A DNA stretch of 64,000 nt from an uncultured Chloroflexia bacterium (GTDB lineage Bacteria > Chloroflexota > Limnocylindria > Limnocylindrales > CSP1-4): contig CAWFXA010000002.1 in NCBI GenBank assembly GCA_963819655.1, positions 384,001 to 448,000 of the forward strand. Reading direction: 5' to 3'. Below are positions 18,732-30,048 of the stretch, piece by piece; the stretch's first letter is position 1; every line of letters begins with the position of its first letter. A model generated the notes under the pieces. The model saw only the letters and a list, made by a program, of their open reading frames with translations, had not been told where the DNA came from and made no database searches. The translations under genes were made by a program, and so were the position numbers.

Positions 18732-19270
18732 AGATCGTCATCGTGGGCTGCGGTCGGGTCGGCGCCTCCGCCGCCGAGATCTGGGATGCCGCCGGTCACG
18801 AGGTCATCGTGCTGGACACGTCGACCCGGGCGTTCGAACGCCTGCCGTCGTCGTTCGGGGGCACGGCCGTGCGCGGCGACGGCACCGACGAGGATGTCCT
18901 TCGACGCTCGGGCATGGAGGGCGCCGACGTCTTCCTGGCCCTGACCGAGGGCGACAATCGCAACGTGATGGCCGCCCAGCTCGCGGTGGAGGCGTTCGAG
19001 ATCCCGCAGGTCATCGCCAAGATCAACGACCCGGTGCGTGCCGCCGCCTACGCCGAGCTGGGGATCGCCACCTTGTGTCGGACGGGGCTGATGGTCGACG
19101 CCATGAACGCGCACCTCGGCTTCCCGCCGTCGGGGTTGTCGGGGATGCTCGCCGCAAGCGGTTACCACCCGGGTGGCGACCATCACGCCGATCCGCCCTC
19201 ATCGCAAGTCGAGGTGCGCGACGCCGCGAACCCCGTGCCGGCCACGCCCGGCGCGACCATGGAGGCCTGA
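18728..19270 (+). CDS. trkA: TrkA/KtrA-family RCK_N protein (no RCK_C)
   Basis: IVGCGRVG, GDGTD, TEGDNRN, AKINDP. Confidence 0.88.
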   Translation: MKIVIVGCGRVGASAAEIWDAAGHEVIVLDTSTRAFERLPSSFGGTAVRGDGTDEDVLRRSGMEGADVFLALTEGDNRNVMAAQLAVEAFEIPQVIAKINDPVRAAAYAELGIATLCRTGLMVDAMNAHLGFPPSGLSGMLAASGYHPGGDHHADPPSSQVEVRDAANPVPATPGATMEA

Positions 19271-19272
19271 TC

Positions 19273-19953
19273 GTGTTCGTCCTCGTCGTCGGTGGTGGCA
19301 AGGTCGGCTACTACCTCGCCAAAGAATTGCTGGACTCGGGCCACGAGGTGGCCCTCATGGAGAAGGACCCGATGCGGGCGCAACAGATCGCCGACGAGAT
19401 CGGCTCGATCGTCATCGCCCACGACGGGTGCGAAGGCAAGTACCTCGGCGAGGCCGGGGCGAACCGCGCCGACGTCGTGGCCGCCGTGACCGGCGACGAC
19501 GAGGACAACCTCGTCATCTGTCAGATGGCGAAGCACCACTTCGACGTCCCGCGCACCATCGCGCGGGTCAACAACCCCAAGAACGAGTCGCTGTTCAGGC
19601 ACCTCGGGGTCGACGAGCTGATCAGCCCGACCAGGATGATCCTCGGCTCGATCGAGCAGGACATCCCGGTCCACGAGCTGCTCCACCTGGCGGCTCTCGG
19701 TGAGGGCGAGCTCGAGTTGATCGAGGCGCACCTGCAGCCCGGTTCACCGGCCATCGGTCGCGCGCCGCGGGACCTCGAGATCCCCGAGGGCTGTTCGCTG
19801 TTCGCGGTGATCCGTGATGGGCTGGCATCGCCCCTTCGCCCCGACACGATCCTGCGCGAGGGCGACAAGGTCATCGCGATCGGCAAGCAGGAGTGCGAGG
19901 CCCTGCTCCATGGGCAGCTGATCGGCGACCCGGAGGCCGCTCCGACGCGTTGA
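19273..19953 (+). CDS. trkA: TrkA/KtrC-family RCK_N+RCK_C protein
   Basis: VVGGGKVG, VTGDDEDNL, IARVNNPKN, C-terminal 'VIRDG...PDTILREGD'. Confidence 0.9.
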   Translation: MFVLVVGGGKVGYYLAKELLDSGHEVALMEKDPMRAQQIADEIGSIVIAHDGCEGKYLGEAGANRADVVAAVTGDDEDNLVICQMAKHHFDVPRTIARVNNPKNESLFRHLGVDELISPTRMILGSIEQDIPVHELLHLAALGEGELELIEAHLQPGSPAIGRAPRDLEIPEGCSLFAVIRDGLASPLRPDTILREGDKVIAIGKQECEALLHGQLIGDPEAAPTR

Positions 19954-20010
19954 CCGGAGTGCCGCCACGGCGGACGTTGCGGAATCTCGTTCGTTCCTTC
20001 GCGTAAGACT

Positions 20011-20041
20011 CTTGACAACGTCATTGTCAGGGTTTTAGCAT
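20011..20041 (+). promoter_or_regulatory. Heat-shock operon promoter with HAIR-like HspR operator
   Basis: CTTGACA-N7-TGTCAGG (20011-20031), same geometry as HAIR CTTGAGT-N7-ACTCAAG; contains TTGACA -35, with TAGCAT -10 at 18 nt. Confidence 0.75.
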
Positions 20042-20138
20042 CTTGCTGTGTCCGGACTCCGGACGCCTGACCAGAAACGAACGGTGGTGCCGACGTGTCG
20101 GCTCACCTCGAACGATGACCTTTCAGGAGATGCACGAG

Positions 20139-20213
20139 ATGACCCTCGTACGCCGGACAGTCCCATCCCGGGGCGTCCTCACCCTCCGCCCGACCATGGA
20201 CCAGGAGGCCTGA
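20139..20213 (+). CDS. 24-aa small ORF resembling an Hsp20 N-terminus (remnant or leader peptide)
   Basis: AGGAGA RBS 8 nt upstream; MTLVRRTVPSRGVLTLRPTMDQEA*; stop 3 nt before hspR start. Confidence 0.45.
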   Translation: MTLVRRTVPSRGVLTLRPTMDQEA

Positions 20214-20216
20214 CGC

Positions 20217-20600
20217 GTGGCGTCCCCCAGGCCCGAGCGGGACCCGGAGCGACCCGTCTACGTCATCAGCGTGGCGGCGAGCATCGTCAGCGCTCATCCG
20301 CGTACGTTGCGGATCTACGAGGACGAGGGGCTGCTGTGTCCCGCGCGGACGCCCACCAACATCCGCCTCTATAGCGAGAACGACATCCGCCGGATCCTCT
20401 GGATCCGCCATTTGACCCGAGAGCGAGGCGTCAACCTCGCCGGTATCCGCATCCTGTTCGAGCTCGAGGAGCGCCTCGGAGCCCGGATCCTCGAGGCGCT
20501 GTACGCCGAGGGGACCGGGGCCGCCGAGGCCACCCGCCAGCCCGAACCCAGCCTCACATCGACCGCGGCACGCGTCTCGGACGACAAGACCACCAGCTAG
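20217..20600 (+). CDS. hspR: MerR-family heat shock repressor HspR
   Basis: PVYVISVAA...HPRTLRIYE..GL..PART...RLYS..DI...GVNLAGI; AGGAGG RBS. Confidence 0.9.
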   Translation: MASPRPERDPERPVYVISVAASIVSAHPRTLRIYEDEGLLCPARTPTNIRLYSENDIRRILWIRHLTRERGVNLAGIRILFELEERLGARILEALYAEGTGAAEATRQPEPSLTSTAARVSDDKTTS

Positions 20601-20613
20601 GAGATCCACCACG

Positions 20614-23112
20614 ATGGCCAAGCGACCGTCAGACCCGGTCGAGGGAACGCAGGAGGAGACCGTGACCGGTCCCCGCGACCTGCCTCTCGTCGCACTCCGG
20701 GAGACGGTCATCTTCCCGGAGATGATCGTCCCGCTCCAGGTTGGCCGCGAGAAGAGCGTCAATGCGCTCAACGCCGCGGTCGCCGAAGGCGGACCCATCG
20801 CCCTCGTCACACAGCGGCAGGCCGAGCAGGAGGACATCAACGATCCCTCCGAGCTCTTCGAGATCGGCACGTTGGCCAAGATCGCGCAGGTCGTCCAACT
20901 CCAGGACGGCACCGTCAGGGCGATCGTCCAGGGCCAATCGCGTCTGCGGCTGCGCGGCTTCAATCAGACCGATTCCTACCTCCGGGCATCCATCGTGGAG
21001 CTCCCCGACGAGTCCCCGGACGGGCTCGAGGTCCAGGCGCTGATGCGCACGGTCCAGGCGCAGATCGAGCAGTACGTCGCGAACGGCGCGCCCGTACCGC
21101 CGGAAGCCGCCGTCGCCGCGCGCAATATCAGCGAGCCCGGACTGCTGGCCGACATGGTCGCCTACAGCCCGGACATGTCGACCGAGCAGCGCCAGGAGCT
21201 GCTCGAGACGATCGATGTCACCGAGCGCCTGAAGCTCGTCTCGAATTTCCTTGCGCATCAGGTCGAGATCCTCGAGCTGAAGGGCCGGATCCAGTCCGAA
21301 GTCAAGTCGGAGATGGACAAGACCCAGCGCGAGTACATCCTTCGCGAGCAGCTCAAGGCCATCCAGCGTGAGCTGGGCGAGGATGACCCGCAGCAGGCCG
21401 AGATCAACGAGCTCCGCGAGAAGGTCGAAGCCGCCGGCATGCCGGAGGAGATCAAGACCCGGGCGATCAAGGAGGTCGACCGGATGAGCCGCATCCCGTC
21501 GGCGTCACCCGAGGTCGGCGTGATCCGGACGTACGTGGACTGGCTGATCAGCCTGCCGTGGAACGTCGCGACCGACGACCAGCTCGATATCAAGGAGGCT
21601 GCGCGCATCCTCGATGAGGACCACTACGGCCTCGAGAAGATCAAGGAGCGCATCCTCGAATACCTCGCGGTGCGGACGCTCGCGGACGAGATCCGCAGCC
21701 CGATCCTCGCCTTCGTCGGACCTCCCGGCGTGGGCAAGACGAGCCTGGGCAAGAGCATCGCCCGTGCCATGGGCCGCAAGTTCGTCCGGATGAGCCTCGG
21801 CGGCATCCACGACGAGGCCGAGATCCGTGGCCACCGGCGCACGTACATCGGCGCGCTGCCCGGCCGGATCATCCAGAGCATCAAGACCGCCGGCTCGAAC
21901 AACCCGGTCTTCATGCTCGACGAGGTGGACAAGATCGGGATGGATTTCCGGGGTGACCCGTCGTCCGCCCTGCTCGAGGTCCTCGACCCGGAGCAGAACA
22001 ACTCATTCCAGGACAACTACCTCGAGGTGCCGTTCGACCTGAGCAAGACGCTGTTCATCGCGACGGCCAACCTGCTCGACCCGATCCCGGCAGCGCTGCG
22101 CGACCGGATGGAGATCGTCCAGCTGCCCGGCTACACCGAGCAGGAGAAGATCGAGATCGGCAAGCGGTTCCTCATCCCCAAGCAGATGACGAACCACGGC
22201 CTCAACGACAAGCGCATCGAGATCACCGACGCAGCCATGACCGAGCTCGTGCGCTCGTACACGCACGAGGCCGGTGTCCGCAACCTCGAGCGCGAGATCG
22301 CCAATGTCATGCGCAAGGTCGCCCGGCAGGTCGCCGAGGGCCGCAAGCGCAAGACCGTCGTCGACGAGAAGAAGCTGGCCGAGTTCCTCGGACCGCAGCG
22401 GTACGAATATGGCGAGCTCGAGACCGAGGACCAGACGGGCGCGGCGACCGGACTCGTCGTCACCGAGGTCGGTGGCGATGTGGTCGCGATCGAGGTGACC
22501 CGCATGGAGGGCAAGGAGGACTTCATCCTCACTGGCCAGCTCGGCGAGGTCATGCGCGAGAGTGCTCGCGCCGGCCTGTCCTGGACGCGCGCCAATGCGC
22601 GTGACCTGGGCATCGACCGCGAGATCTTCGAGAAGAACACCCTGCACATCCACGTCCCAGCGGGCGCGATCCCCAAGGACGGGCCGTCGGCAGGGATCAC
22701 GATGGCGACTGCGATCGTGAGCGCTCTGACCGGCATCCCGGTCCGCAAGGACGTGGCGATGACGGGCGAGATCACGCTGCGCGGGCGGGTGCTCCCGATC
22801 GGCGGTCTGAAGAGCAAGATCCTGGCAGCCCACTTGTCGGGCGCCAAGACCGTGATCATCCCAAGGAAGAACGAGAAGGACCTGCGGGACATCCCCGAGG
22901 AGATCCGCAAGTCGATGAAGCTCATCCTCGTCGACTCGATGGAGCAGGTGCTCGAGGCGGCCCTCCGGCGCAAGCCGAGGCCCCTCGTCGCCGAGCCACC
23001 GAAGATCGTCAAGGGTGGCGACCCGATCGATCCCGAGCCCGAGAGCCGGGTTCGCCGAACGAACTTCCCACCCACCGATCAGCCCCCCGTGGTCGTCGAG
23101 CGCGGCCACTAA
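20614..23112 (+). CDS. lon: ATP-dependent Lon protease
   Basis: LON N domain, [29 protein letters not shown] catalytic Ser, IGGLKSK. Confidence 0.98.
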   Translation: MAKRPSDPVEGTQEETVTGPRDLPLVALRETVIFPEMIVPLQVGREKSVNALNAAVAEGGPIALVTQRQAEQEDINDPSELFEIGTLAKIAQVVQLQDGTVRAIVQGQSRLRLRGFNQTDSYLRASIVELPDESPDGLEVQALMRTVQAQIEQYVANGAPVPPEAAVAARNISEPGLLADMVAYSPDMSTEQRQELLETIDVTERLKLVSNFLAHQVEILELKGRIQSEVKSEMDKTQREYILREQLKAIQRELGEDDPQQAEINELREKVEAAGMPEEIKTRAIKEVDRMSRIPSASPEVGVIRTYVDWLISLPWNVATDDQLDIKEAARILDEDHYGLEKIKERILEYLAVRTLADEIRSPILAFVGPPGVGKTSLGKSIARAMGRKFVRMSLGGIHDEAEIRGHRRTYIGALPGRIIQSIKTAGSNNPVFMLDEVDKIGMDFRGDPSSALLEVLDPEQNNSFQDNYLEVPFDLSKTLFIATANLLDPIPAALRDRMEIVQLPGYTEQEKIEIGKRFLIPKQMTNHGLNDKRIEITDAAMTELVRSYTHEAGVRNLEREIANVMRKVARQVAEGRKRKTVVDEKKLAEFLGPQRYEYGELETEDQTGAATGLVVTEVGGDVVAIEVTRMEGKEDFILTGQLGEVMRESARAGLSWTRANARDLGIDREIFEKNTLHIHVPAGAIPKDGPSAGITMATAIVSALTGIPVRKDVAMTGEITLRGRVLPIGGLKSKILAAHLSGAKTVIIPRKNEKDLRDIPEEIRKSMKLILVDSMEQVLEAALRRKPRPLVAEPPKIVKGGDPIDPEPESRVRRTNFPPTDQPPVVVERGH

Positions 23113-23138
23113 ACGTGGAGCAAGACCAGACGGCGTAG

Positions 23139-23252
23139 TCGTCGCCGGGCGTCCGAGGCGAAGGCACCATCGAGGAGCGGAGCGAGCGCACTTCAAGGTG
23201 CGTGAGCGAGCACCGCAGGTGGCAACGCTCGCATCGGACGATCCAGCGACGA
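23139..23252 (-). repeat. Structured intergenic hairpin repeat, copy 1
   Basis: Minus strand CCGATG-CGA-GCGTTGCC...TCGCTCACGCAC-N6-GTGCGCTCGCTCC...GGTGCCTTCGCCTCGG. Confidence 0.8.
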
Positions 23253-23269
23253 TCCCGGAGTCGACGCCC

Positions 23270-24340
23270 ATGGAGTACAAGGATTACTACGCGGTCCTGG
23301 GGGTTCCCAGGACCGCGTCAAAGACCGACATCAAGAAGGCGTACCGGAAGCTCGCGCGCGAGCATCACCCGGACACCAAGCCGGACGACGCCGCCGCTGA
23401 GCGCCGGTTCAAGGAGGTCAACGAGGCCCACGCCGTCCTGTCCGATCCGGACAAGCGCGGGCTGTACGACCGCCTTGGGTCGGACTGGGAAGCCTATGCT
23501 CGCGCCGGCGCGACGGCGGGCGCCGCGACAGGCGGGCGGGCCGCTGCTGCCGGCAACACGTCCGGGGGTTTCAGCGGCTTCGGTGGACCCGGCGGCAACG
23601 TCCGCTACGAGTTCCACACGAGCGGCGACGCGTCCGACTTCAGCGACTTCTTCCAGGCCTTCTTTGCCGGCGCCTCGGAGCCGGTCACCGGACCCGGGCG
23701 CGGCCGTCGTCCGACCGGTGGCGCGTCGTTCGACGACATCCTCGCCGGGATGGGCCTCGACAGGGACGGCAACGTCCGTGCCGGCAGCGCGCAGCCTAAC
23801 GGCGGGCGACGGACCGCCGCTCCAGCCCGCCCCAGCGCCGAGGCGGTCGCCGAGATCACGCTCGACGAGGCGTACCACGGCACGACCCGCCTGGTCGAGG
23901 TCGACGGCAAACGCCTCGAGGTCACGATCCCGAAGGGCGCCGACAGCGGTAGCCGCATCCGTCTGACGGGCAAGGCGCCCGGCGGCGGCGACCTGCACGT
24001 GGTTGTTCGCCAGCTCCCGGACCGGACCTTCACCCGCCGCGGAGCGGATCTCGAACGCGAGCTGCCGCTGTCTCTGCGCGAGGCCCTGCTCGGCGCGGAC
24101 GTGCGCGTCCGGACGCCCAAGGGGCGGGTCCTCCTCACGATCCCGGCCGGGACGCAGCCCGGCAAGACGTTCCGCCTGACCGGCCAGGGCATGCCCCGCT
24201 TCAAGGCCGCCGGCAACGGCGATCTGTACGTCAAGGCCAGGGTCGTCCTGCCGGGCGATCTGACGCCCGACGCCCGCGACGCCGCCGACCGATTCCTCGA
24301 GCTCACCAACCAACCCGATCCCCGCGCACGAGAGACCTGA
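23270..24340 (+). CDS. cbpA: Class B J-domain co-chaperone (CbpA/DnaJ2, no Zn finger)
   Basis: MEYKDYY, HPD motif, G/F region, DnaJ C-terminal domain, no CxxCxGxG repeats. Confidence 0.9.
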   Translation: MEYKDYYAVLGVPRTASKTDIKKAYRKLAREHHPDTKPDDAAAERRFKEVNEAHAVLSDPDKRGLYDRLGSDWEAYARAGATAGAATGGRAAAAGNTSGGFSGFGGPGGNVRYEFHTSGDASDFSDFFQAFFAGASEPVTGPGRGRRPTGGASFDDILAGMGLDRDGNVRAGSAQPNGGRRTAAPARPSAEAVAEITLDEAYHGTTRLVEVDGKRLEVTIPKGADSGSRIRLTGKAPGGGDLHVVVRQLPDRTFTRRGADLERELPLSLREALLGADVRVRTPKGRVLLTIPAGTQPGKTFRLTGQGMPRFKAAGNGDLYVKARVVLPGDLTPDARDAADRFLELTNQPDPRARET

Positions 24341-24344
24341 CCCG

Positions 24345-27101
24345 ATGCAACTCGACCGATTCACCCAGAAGGCCCAGGAGGCCATCATCGCCGCCCAGGA
24401 GACTGCGCAGCGACTCCAGAGCCCCGTCCTCGACGCCGAGCACATGCTCAGCGCGCTCATCGAGCCCGACGACGGGATCCCGGCGGAGACCCTGCGGCGC
24501 CTTGGCGTCGACCTGCCCGCGTTCCGCGGCGAGCTCGCCGCCAGCCTGTCACGCCGAGCCCGCATCCAGGGCGGCTCTCTTGCCCTCGACCCCCGGGCGA
24601 AGGGCGTCATCGACCGGGCCGAGGCGGAGGCCCGCCGTCTCGGCGACGACTACGTCTCGACCGAGCATCTGCTCCTCGGCGTCGCCGAGGCAGGTGGTGA
24701 TGCGCAGTCGCTCCTCGACTCGCACGCGGCCGGCAAGGAGGCGATCCTGCAGGCCCTCCAGAGCGTGCGTGGCGGCCAGCGGGTCACGTCCCAGAACCCG
24801 GAGGGCACCTATGCCGCCCTCGAGAAGTACGGCCGCGACCTCACGACCGAGGCGCGCGCGGGCAAGCTCGATCCGGTCGTCGGCCGTGACGAGGAGATCC
24901 GGCGCGTGATCCAGGTCCTCAGCCGGCGCACGAAGAACAACCCCGTGCTCATCGGTGAGCCGGGCGTCGGCAAGACCGCCATCGCCGAGGGCCTCGCACA
25001 GCGCATCGTCCGCAGCGACGTGCCGGATGGCCTCAAGGGCAAGCGCGTCGTCGCGCTCGACCTCGGGGCGCTCATCGCGGGCGCCAAATTCCGGGGCGAA
25101 TTCGAGGAGCGCCTCAAGGCGGTCCTCAAGGAGATCAAGGACAGCGACGGCCAGGTCGTGCTGTTCATCGACGAGCTCCACACGGTCGTCGGTGCCGGCG
25201 CCGCCGAGGGCGCGATGGACGCCTCGAACCTCCTCAAGCCGATGCTCGCGCGTGGTGAGCTGCACACCATCGGCGCGACCACCCTCGACGAGTACCGCAA
25301 GCACATCGAGAAGGACGCCGCGCTCGAGCGGCGCTTCCAGCCGATCCTCGTCGACCAACCGACGGTCGAGGAGACGATCAGCATCCTGCGCGGCTTGCGC
25401 GAGCGCTACGAGGTCCATCACGGCGTGCGCATCACCGATTCGGCTCTCGTCGCCGCGGCCACCCTGTCCGATCGCTACATCACCGACCGATTCCTGCCCG
25501 ACAAGGCGATCGACCTCGTCGACGAGGCGGCCTCGCGCCTGCGCATGGAGATCGACTCGATGCCGATCGAGATCGACGAGCTCGAGCGCCGCCGCATCCA
25601 GCTCGAGATCGAGCGCGAGGCGCTGCGCAAGGAGCCGGACGACGCGTCGAAGGCTCGACTCGAAGCCCTCGAGAAGGAACTCGCCGATCTCGAGGAGGAG
25701 TCGGGCGGCCTCAAGCAGCGCTGGGAGGCCGAGAAGGCCGCGATCGGGGCCATCCGCACGACACGCTCCGAGCTGGAGGCGCTCGCCACCCGCATCGAGC
25801 AGGCCGAGCGTGAGGCCGACTTCGCCACCGCCGCCGAGTTGAAGTACGCCACCCAGAAGGCACTCCAGGACACGCTGGCCGAACAGGAGGCCGCCCTGGC
25901 CGCGCTCCAGGGTCCGGGCACCTTGCTCAAGGAAGAGGTGGGTGCGGACGACATCGCCGAGATCGTCGGCGCGTGGACCGGCATCCCGGTCAATCGGCTC
26001 ATGGAGGGTGAGACGGCCAAGCTCATCAAGATGGAGGAGCGGCTGCACGACCGCGTGATCGGCCAGGACGAGGCCATCCAGGCCGTGTCCGACGCGGTCC
26101 GCCGGGCCCGTGCCGGGCTCAAGGATCCGCGCCGCCCGATCGGCTCGTTCCTGTTCCTCGGTCCCACCGGCGTCGGCAAGACGGAGCTCGCACGGGCTCT
26201 CGCCGAGTTCCTGTTCGACGACGAGACCGCCATGGTGCGCATCGACATGAGCGAGTACATGGAGAAGTTCTCCGTGTCCCGCCTGGTCGGCGCGCCTCCC
26301 GGCTACGTCGGCTACGACGAGGGCGGGCAGCTGACCGAGGCCGTCCGCCGCCGGCCCTACCAGGTGGTGCTGCTCGACGAGATCGAGAAGGCCCACCCCG
26401 ACGTGTTCAACGTCCTGCTCCAGGTCCTCGACGACGGTCGGCTGACCGACGGCCAGGGCCGGACGGTCGACTTCAAGAACGCCGTGGTGATCATGACGAG
26501 CAACATCGGCTCGTCGGCCATCGCGGCCACGAACGCCCGAGCCGGCGACGCGGCGTACGAGGAGATGAAGCGCGAGGTGACGGAGGTCCTCCGGTCGCAG
26601 TTCCGGCCCGAGTTCCTCAATCGCGTCGATGAGGTCATCGTGTTCCACGCCCTGACCGACGACGACCTGGCCGCCATCGTCGAGCTGCTGCTGGCAGACC
26701 TCCAGCGGCGACTCGCCCCGCAGGACCTTGAGTTGGAGCTCACGGCGACGGCCAAGGCGCTCATCGTCCGCGAGGGCACCGACCCGTCGTTCGGGGCACG
26801 GCCGCTCCAGCGGACCATCCAGCGCCTCGTCGAGAACCCGCTGGCCCGTGCACTGGTCGCCGGCGAGTTCCGACCTGGCGACACGATCACCGCCGATGCC
26901 GACATTGCCTCGGGCACGTTGGTGTTCTCCAGCGGCGGCGCCACGGTCGTCGCCGATGGCGGCCGCCGGGACGCCCGTTCCGGCCCGGCCGAGGAAGAGG
27001 CCGTCGGGGCGAGGACTCGTGGCCGGCGTGGCCGGCCGGACTCGCCGCTCGACCTGCCGCCGACGCGCCCGCGGCGCGACGACGGCGAGCTCGTCAACTA
27101 G
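24345..27101 (+). CDS. clpB: ATP-dependent chaperone ClpB
   Basis: Two AAA+ modules ([16 protein letters not shown]), coiled-coil M-domain, [12 protein letters not shown]. Confidence 0.98.
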   Translation: MQLDRFTQKAQEAIIAAQETAQRLQSPVLDAEHMLSALIEPDDGIPAETLRRLGVDLPAFRGELAASLSRRARIQGGSLALDPRAKGVIDRAEAEARRLGDDYVSTEHLLLGVAEAGGDAQSLLDSHAAGKEAILQALQSVRGGQRVTSQNPEGTYAALEKYGRDLTTEARAGKLDPVVGRDEEIRRVIQVLSRRTKNNPVLIGEPGVGKTAIAEGLAQRIVRSDVPDGLKGKRVVALDLGALIAGAKFRGEFEERLKAVLKEIKDSDGQVVLFIDELHTVVGAGAAEGAMDASNLLKPMLARGELHTIGATTLDEYRKHIEKDAALERRFQPILVDQPTVEETISILRGLRERYEVHHGVRITDSALVAAATLSDRYITDRFLPDKAIDLVDEAASRLRMEIDSMPIEIDELERRRIQLEIEREALRKEPDDASKARLEALEKELADLEEESGGLKQRWEAEKAAIGAIRTTRSELEALATRIEQAEREADFATAAELKYATQKALQDTLAEQEAALAALQGPGTLLKEEVGADDIAEIVGAWTGIPVNRLMEGETAKLIKMEERLHDRVIGQDEAIQAVSDAVRRARAGLKDPRRPIGSFLFLGPTGVGKTELARALAEFLFDDETAMVRIDMSEYMEKFSVSRLVGAPPGYVGYDEGGQLTEAVRRRPYQVVLLDEIEKAHPDVFNVLLQVLDDGRLTDGQGRTVDFKNAVVIMTSNIGSSAIAATNARAGDAAYEEMKREVTEVLRSQFRPEFLNRVDEVIVFHALTDDDLAAIVELLLADLQRRLAPQDLELELTATAKALIVREGTDPSFGARPLQRTIQRLVENPLARALVAGEFRPGDTITADADIASGTLVFSSGGATVVADGGRRDARSGPAEEEAVGARTRGRRGRPDSPLDLPPTRPRRDDGELVN

Positions 27102-27118
27102 CCGACCGCGCCAGCGCG

Positions 27119-27775
27119 ATGCGGTTCGAGGACGTCGAGGAGCGGCTGGCAGTCCTGCCGGATCCGCTCCCGGCGCCGCTCGACGCTCTGATGCCGGTCC
27201 CACTCGACGGGGTCGAGCGGCGCTTCAGCCTCCCGACCGAGGCGACGCCGGGCCGCCCGGCAGCGGTCCTCGTCCTGCTGTACCCGGATACCACGCGCGA
27301 GGCGCGGGTCGTCCTCATCGAGCGCCCGACGGTCGACGACCGCCATCACTCAGGGGAGGTGAGCTTCCCCGGTGGCAAGGCGGAGCCGGAGGATGACGAC
27401 GCGACAGCCACGGCGCTGCGCGAGGCCACCGAGGAGGTGGGCCTCGACGCCGACGCCGCGGGTGTCCGGGTCGTCGGCCAGCTCGAGCGCTTCTGGATCC
27501 CGGTCAGCGATTTCGCGGTCACGCCGATCGTCGCACTCGCGGCCCGGCGGCCGACGCTGGTCGCTGCTCCGGCCGAGGTCGTGCGTATCCTCGAGCCTTC
27601 GGTCGACACCTTCCTCCCAGACGCGCCTCTGGCGATGGTGGAGCGCACGATCCGTGGGTGGCCGTTGCGCTACGGCCAGTACGAGGTCGACGGGCTGTCG
27701 GTGTGGGGCATGACCGCGCGCGTCCTCAGCCAGCTCGGGGCGGTGCTGGGGAGCCAGATCGTCAAGGGTCGCTGA
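27119..27775 (+). CDS. Nudix hydrolase, CoA pyrophosphatase (NudL-like)
   Basis: AAVLVLL, HSGEVSFPGG, ALREATEEVG Nudix box, VWGMTARVL. Confidence 0.88.
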   Translation: MRFEDVEERLAVLPDPLPAPLDALMPVPLDGVERRFSLPTEATPGRPAAVLVLLYPDTTREARVVLIERPTVDDRHHSGEVSFPGGKAEPEDDDATATALREATEEVGLDADAAGVRVVGQLERFWIPVSDFAVTPIVALAARRPTLVAAPAEVVRILEPSVDTFLPDAPLAMVERTIRGWPLRYGQYEVDGLSVWGMTARVLSQLGAVLGSQIVKGR

Positions 27776-27835
27776 GAGCGACGCTGTCAGCGTGAGTGAC
27801 GCGACCGTGCCGGCACAACGGCCGTCGACAGCCGG

Positions 27836-27861
27836 GGAACCGTAGCGGACCCTCGGGCGTC
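27836..27861 (+). promoter_or_regulatory. Putative ECF sigma promoter
   Basis: GGAACC-N16-CGTC upstream of the vWA lipoprotein gene. Confidence 0.4.
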
Positions 27862-27979
27862 GAAGTGGCGGCCCGACGGCGCACTTGTGGCGGCCCAAGG
27901 GACCTGCGTGACCACCCTGGTGGTCCCGCCCAAGTGCCCGGGTGCCGGTCCCCATGGCATCCGGACGGGAGGTCGCGCG

Positions 27980-29500
27980 ATGCGCACGCCACTCCTGTCC
28001 CTGGTCGCCGTCGCCCTCGTGGCGAGCGCGTGTTCCGGGACCTCGTCCACCGGCAACCCCGGTCCCTCATCGGCACCCGGCCACCACCTGCCGACGGACG
28101 CTCCATGGCCGGGTGAGCCCCAACCGACGCCGTATGACGGCGTGACCTACCAGGATCCCGGCGTCAACCCGTATGTCGATCCGGTCGAAGATCGCGTATC
28201 GACCTTCGCGCTCGACGTCGACACCGCGTCCTACACCATCGCCCAGCGTTACATCGACGACGGCTTCCGGCCCGATCCGGCCAGCGTCCGTGTCGAGGAA
28301 TGGATCAACGCCTTCGAGCAGGGCTATGCGCCGCCGCTCGACGACACGTTCGCGATCGTCGCCGATGGCGGCCCGACCCCGTTCACGGACCGCGACGAGG
28401 TCCTGTTGCGCATCGGGCTGCAGGCCCGCGACGTGCGCGACCGCGCACGGGCGGACACCGCGCTCACGTTCGTGATCGACACCTCTGGGTCGATGGAGCG
28501 CGATGGTCGGCTGGAGCTCGTCAAGGACGCGCTCGCTCGACTCGTCGACGGCCTCGACCGCGACGACAGCGTCGCGATCGTCACGTTCGGCGACGAGGGC
28601 CGTGTCCTCCTCCAGCCGACCCACGCCACGGACCGCGACGAGATCCTCCACGTGATCGGGCAGCTCCGGCCGGGCGGCTCGACGAACCTCGAACATGGGC
28701 TGCGGCTCGGCTACGAGCTGGCCCGCTCGTCGATGACCGAGAACGGCATCGACCGCGTCGTGCTCGCGTCCGACGGCGTCGCCAACGTCGGCTTGACCGA
28801 CCCCGAGGGCATCCTCGGCAGCATCCGACGCGATGCGGCGGCCGGCATCGAACTCGTCTCGGTCGGTGTCGGGATGGGGAATTTCAACGACGTCCTGCTC
28901 GAGCAGCTGGCGGACCAGGGCGACGGGTTCTACGCCTACGTGAACGGTCCCGACGAGGCGTACCGCTTGTTCTCGGAGGACCTGACCGGCACCCTCCAGA
29001 CGGTCGCGCTCGACGCCCGTGCACAGGTCGAGTTCGATGCGAGCGCCGTCGCCGCCTACCGGCTGGTCGGCTACGAGAACCGCGACATGGCCGACCGTGA
29101 CTTCACGAACGACAGCGTCAACGCGGGCGCGATCGGTGCGGGCCACAGCGTGACCGCACTGTACGCCGTGCGACTCAATGAAGACGTCGGCCGGCAGGGC
29201 CGCATCGCGACGGTCCGGCTGCGCTGGACCGATCCGGACGACGGCCGGGCCGACGAGGTTGCCCGCGAGATCCGCGCGAGCGATCTCGCCCGCTCGTTCC
29301 AGGCCACGGACCCGTTCTTCCGCTTCGATGCCGTGGTGGCGTCGACCGCGGAGGTGCTGCGCGGCAGCCCGTGGGCCGGGCACCTCGCGCTGGGCGACGT
29401 GGCCGAGGTCGCCTTTCACGAGGCCGCGGGCCTCCCACCGACCGATGAGGTGCATGCCTTCCTGGATCTGCTCGACCGCCTGGCCCGTATGGACGGGTAG
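27980..29500 (+). CDS. vWA-domain lipoprotein (YfbK-like)
   Basis: Lipobox VASAC; STFALDVDTASY, VRVEEWIN, MIDAS DTSGSM, SDGVAN, YRLVGYENR. Confidence 0.88.
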   Translation: MRTPLLSLVAVALVASACSGTSSTGNPGPSSAPGHHLPTDAPWPGEPQPTPYDGVTYQDPGVNPYVDPVEDRVSTFALDVDTASYTIAQRYIDDGFRPDPASVRVEEWINAFEQGYAPPLDDTFAIVADGGPTPFTDRDEVLLRIGLQARDVRDRARADTALTFVIDTSGSMERDGRLELVKDALARLVDGLDRDDSVAIVTFGDEGRVLLQPTHATDRDEILHVIGQLRPGGSTNLEHGLRLGYELARSSMTENGIDRVVLASDGVANVGLTDPEGILGSIRRDAAAGIELVSVGVGMGNFNDVLLEQLADQGDGFYAYVNGPDEAYRLFSEDLTGTLQTVALDARAQVEFDASAVAAYRLVGYENRDMADRDFTNDSVNAGAIGAGHSVTALYAVRLNEDVGRQGRIATVRLRWTDPDDGRADEVAREIRASDLARSFQATDPFFRFDAVVASTAEVLRGSPWAGHLALGDVAEVAFHEAAGLPPTDEVHAFLDLLDRLARMDG

Positions 29501-29565
29501 GGCTTTCGCCGAATCCCTCCGCGGGTAGGGGCAGGAGGAGGCCCCGGCCCGCCGTCACGACCCGG

Positions 29566-30042
29566 TCAGGCCGGTTCGCCGGCCTCCGGGTCGTGACGTG
29601 TCTGGGACATGGTCGGCGCGAGCTCGCCGACCGCACGCTCGACCGGCCGGCCGAGCTGGACAGGACCGTCCACCACCCGCCCCTCGAGGATGTCCCGCAC
29701 GGGACTGTCGTCGGATCCCGCGAACTCGACCACGAACGCCCGCATCTCCGAATGTTCGGTCCACGCCGCGTGGGGCTGGTCGGCCGGCCACAGGACGGCC
29801 TCGCCGGCCGCGACCCGCGTGCGCTCCTCGCCGACACCGACCCACCCACCGCCCTCGATGACGATCAGCCACGACGTGTTCGGGTTGGTATGCGGCTCGA
29901 TGCGAGCACCGCGGGCGAAGGCGAGCTCAGTGACCGCACCGCGGCCGTCAGAGTGGATCGGCTGGCCGGTGACGCCGACGGTGCCCGGTGGGCCGTCCGG
30001 ACGCCGGTGCCCGACACCGAACCGGCGGACCTCGATCGGCAT
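29566..30042 (-). CDS. Cupin domain protein
   Basis: PH...LIVIEGGGWV...AGEAVLWPADQPH cupin motifs. Confidence 0.8.
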   Translation of the reverse strand: MPIEVRRFGVGHRRPDGPPGTVGVTGQPIHSDGRGAVTELAFARGARIEPHTNPNTSWLIVIEGGGWVGVGEERTRVAAGEAVLWPADQPHAAWTEHSEMRAFVVEFAGSDDSPVRDILEGRVVDGPVQLGRPVERAVGELAPTMSQTRHDPEAGEPA

Positions 30043-30048
30043 CGCCGT

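Noticed and set aside
20035-20046. TTAGCA as a CIRCE half-site
   Set aside because: No TTAGCACTC-N9-GAGTGCTAA; better explained as the -10 box.
29505-29572. Partial resemblance to the 3' half of a c-di-AMP (ydaO) riboswitch (GAATC...GTAGGG...ACCCGGT.AGGC)
   Set aside because: The 5' half is missing and it lies between convergent genes with nothing downstream to control.
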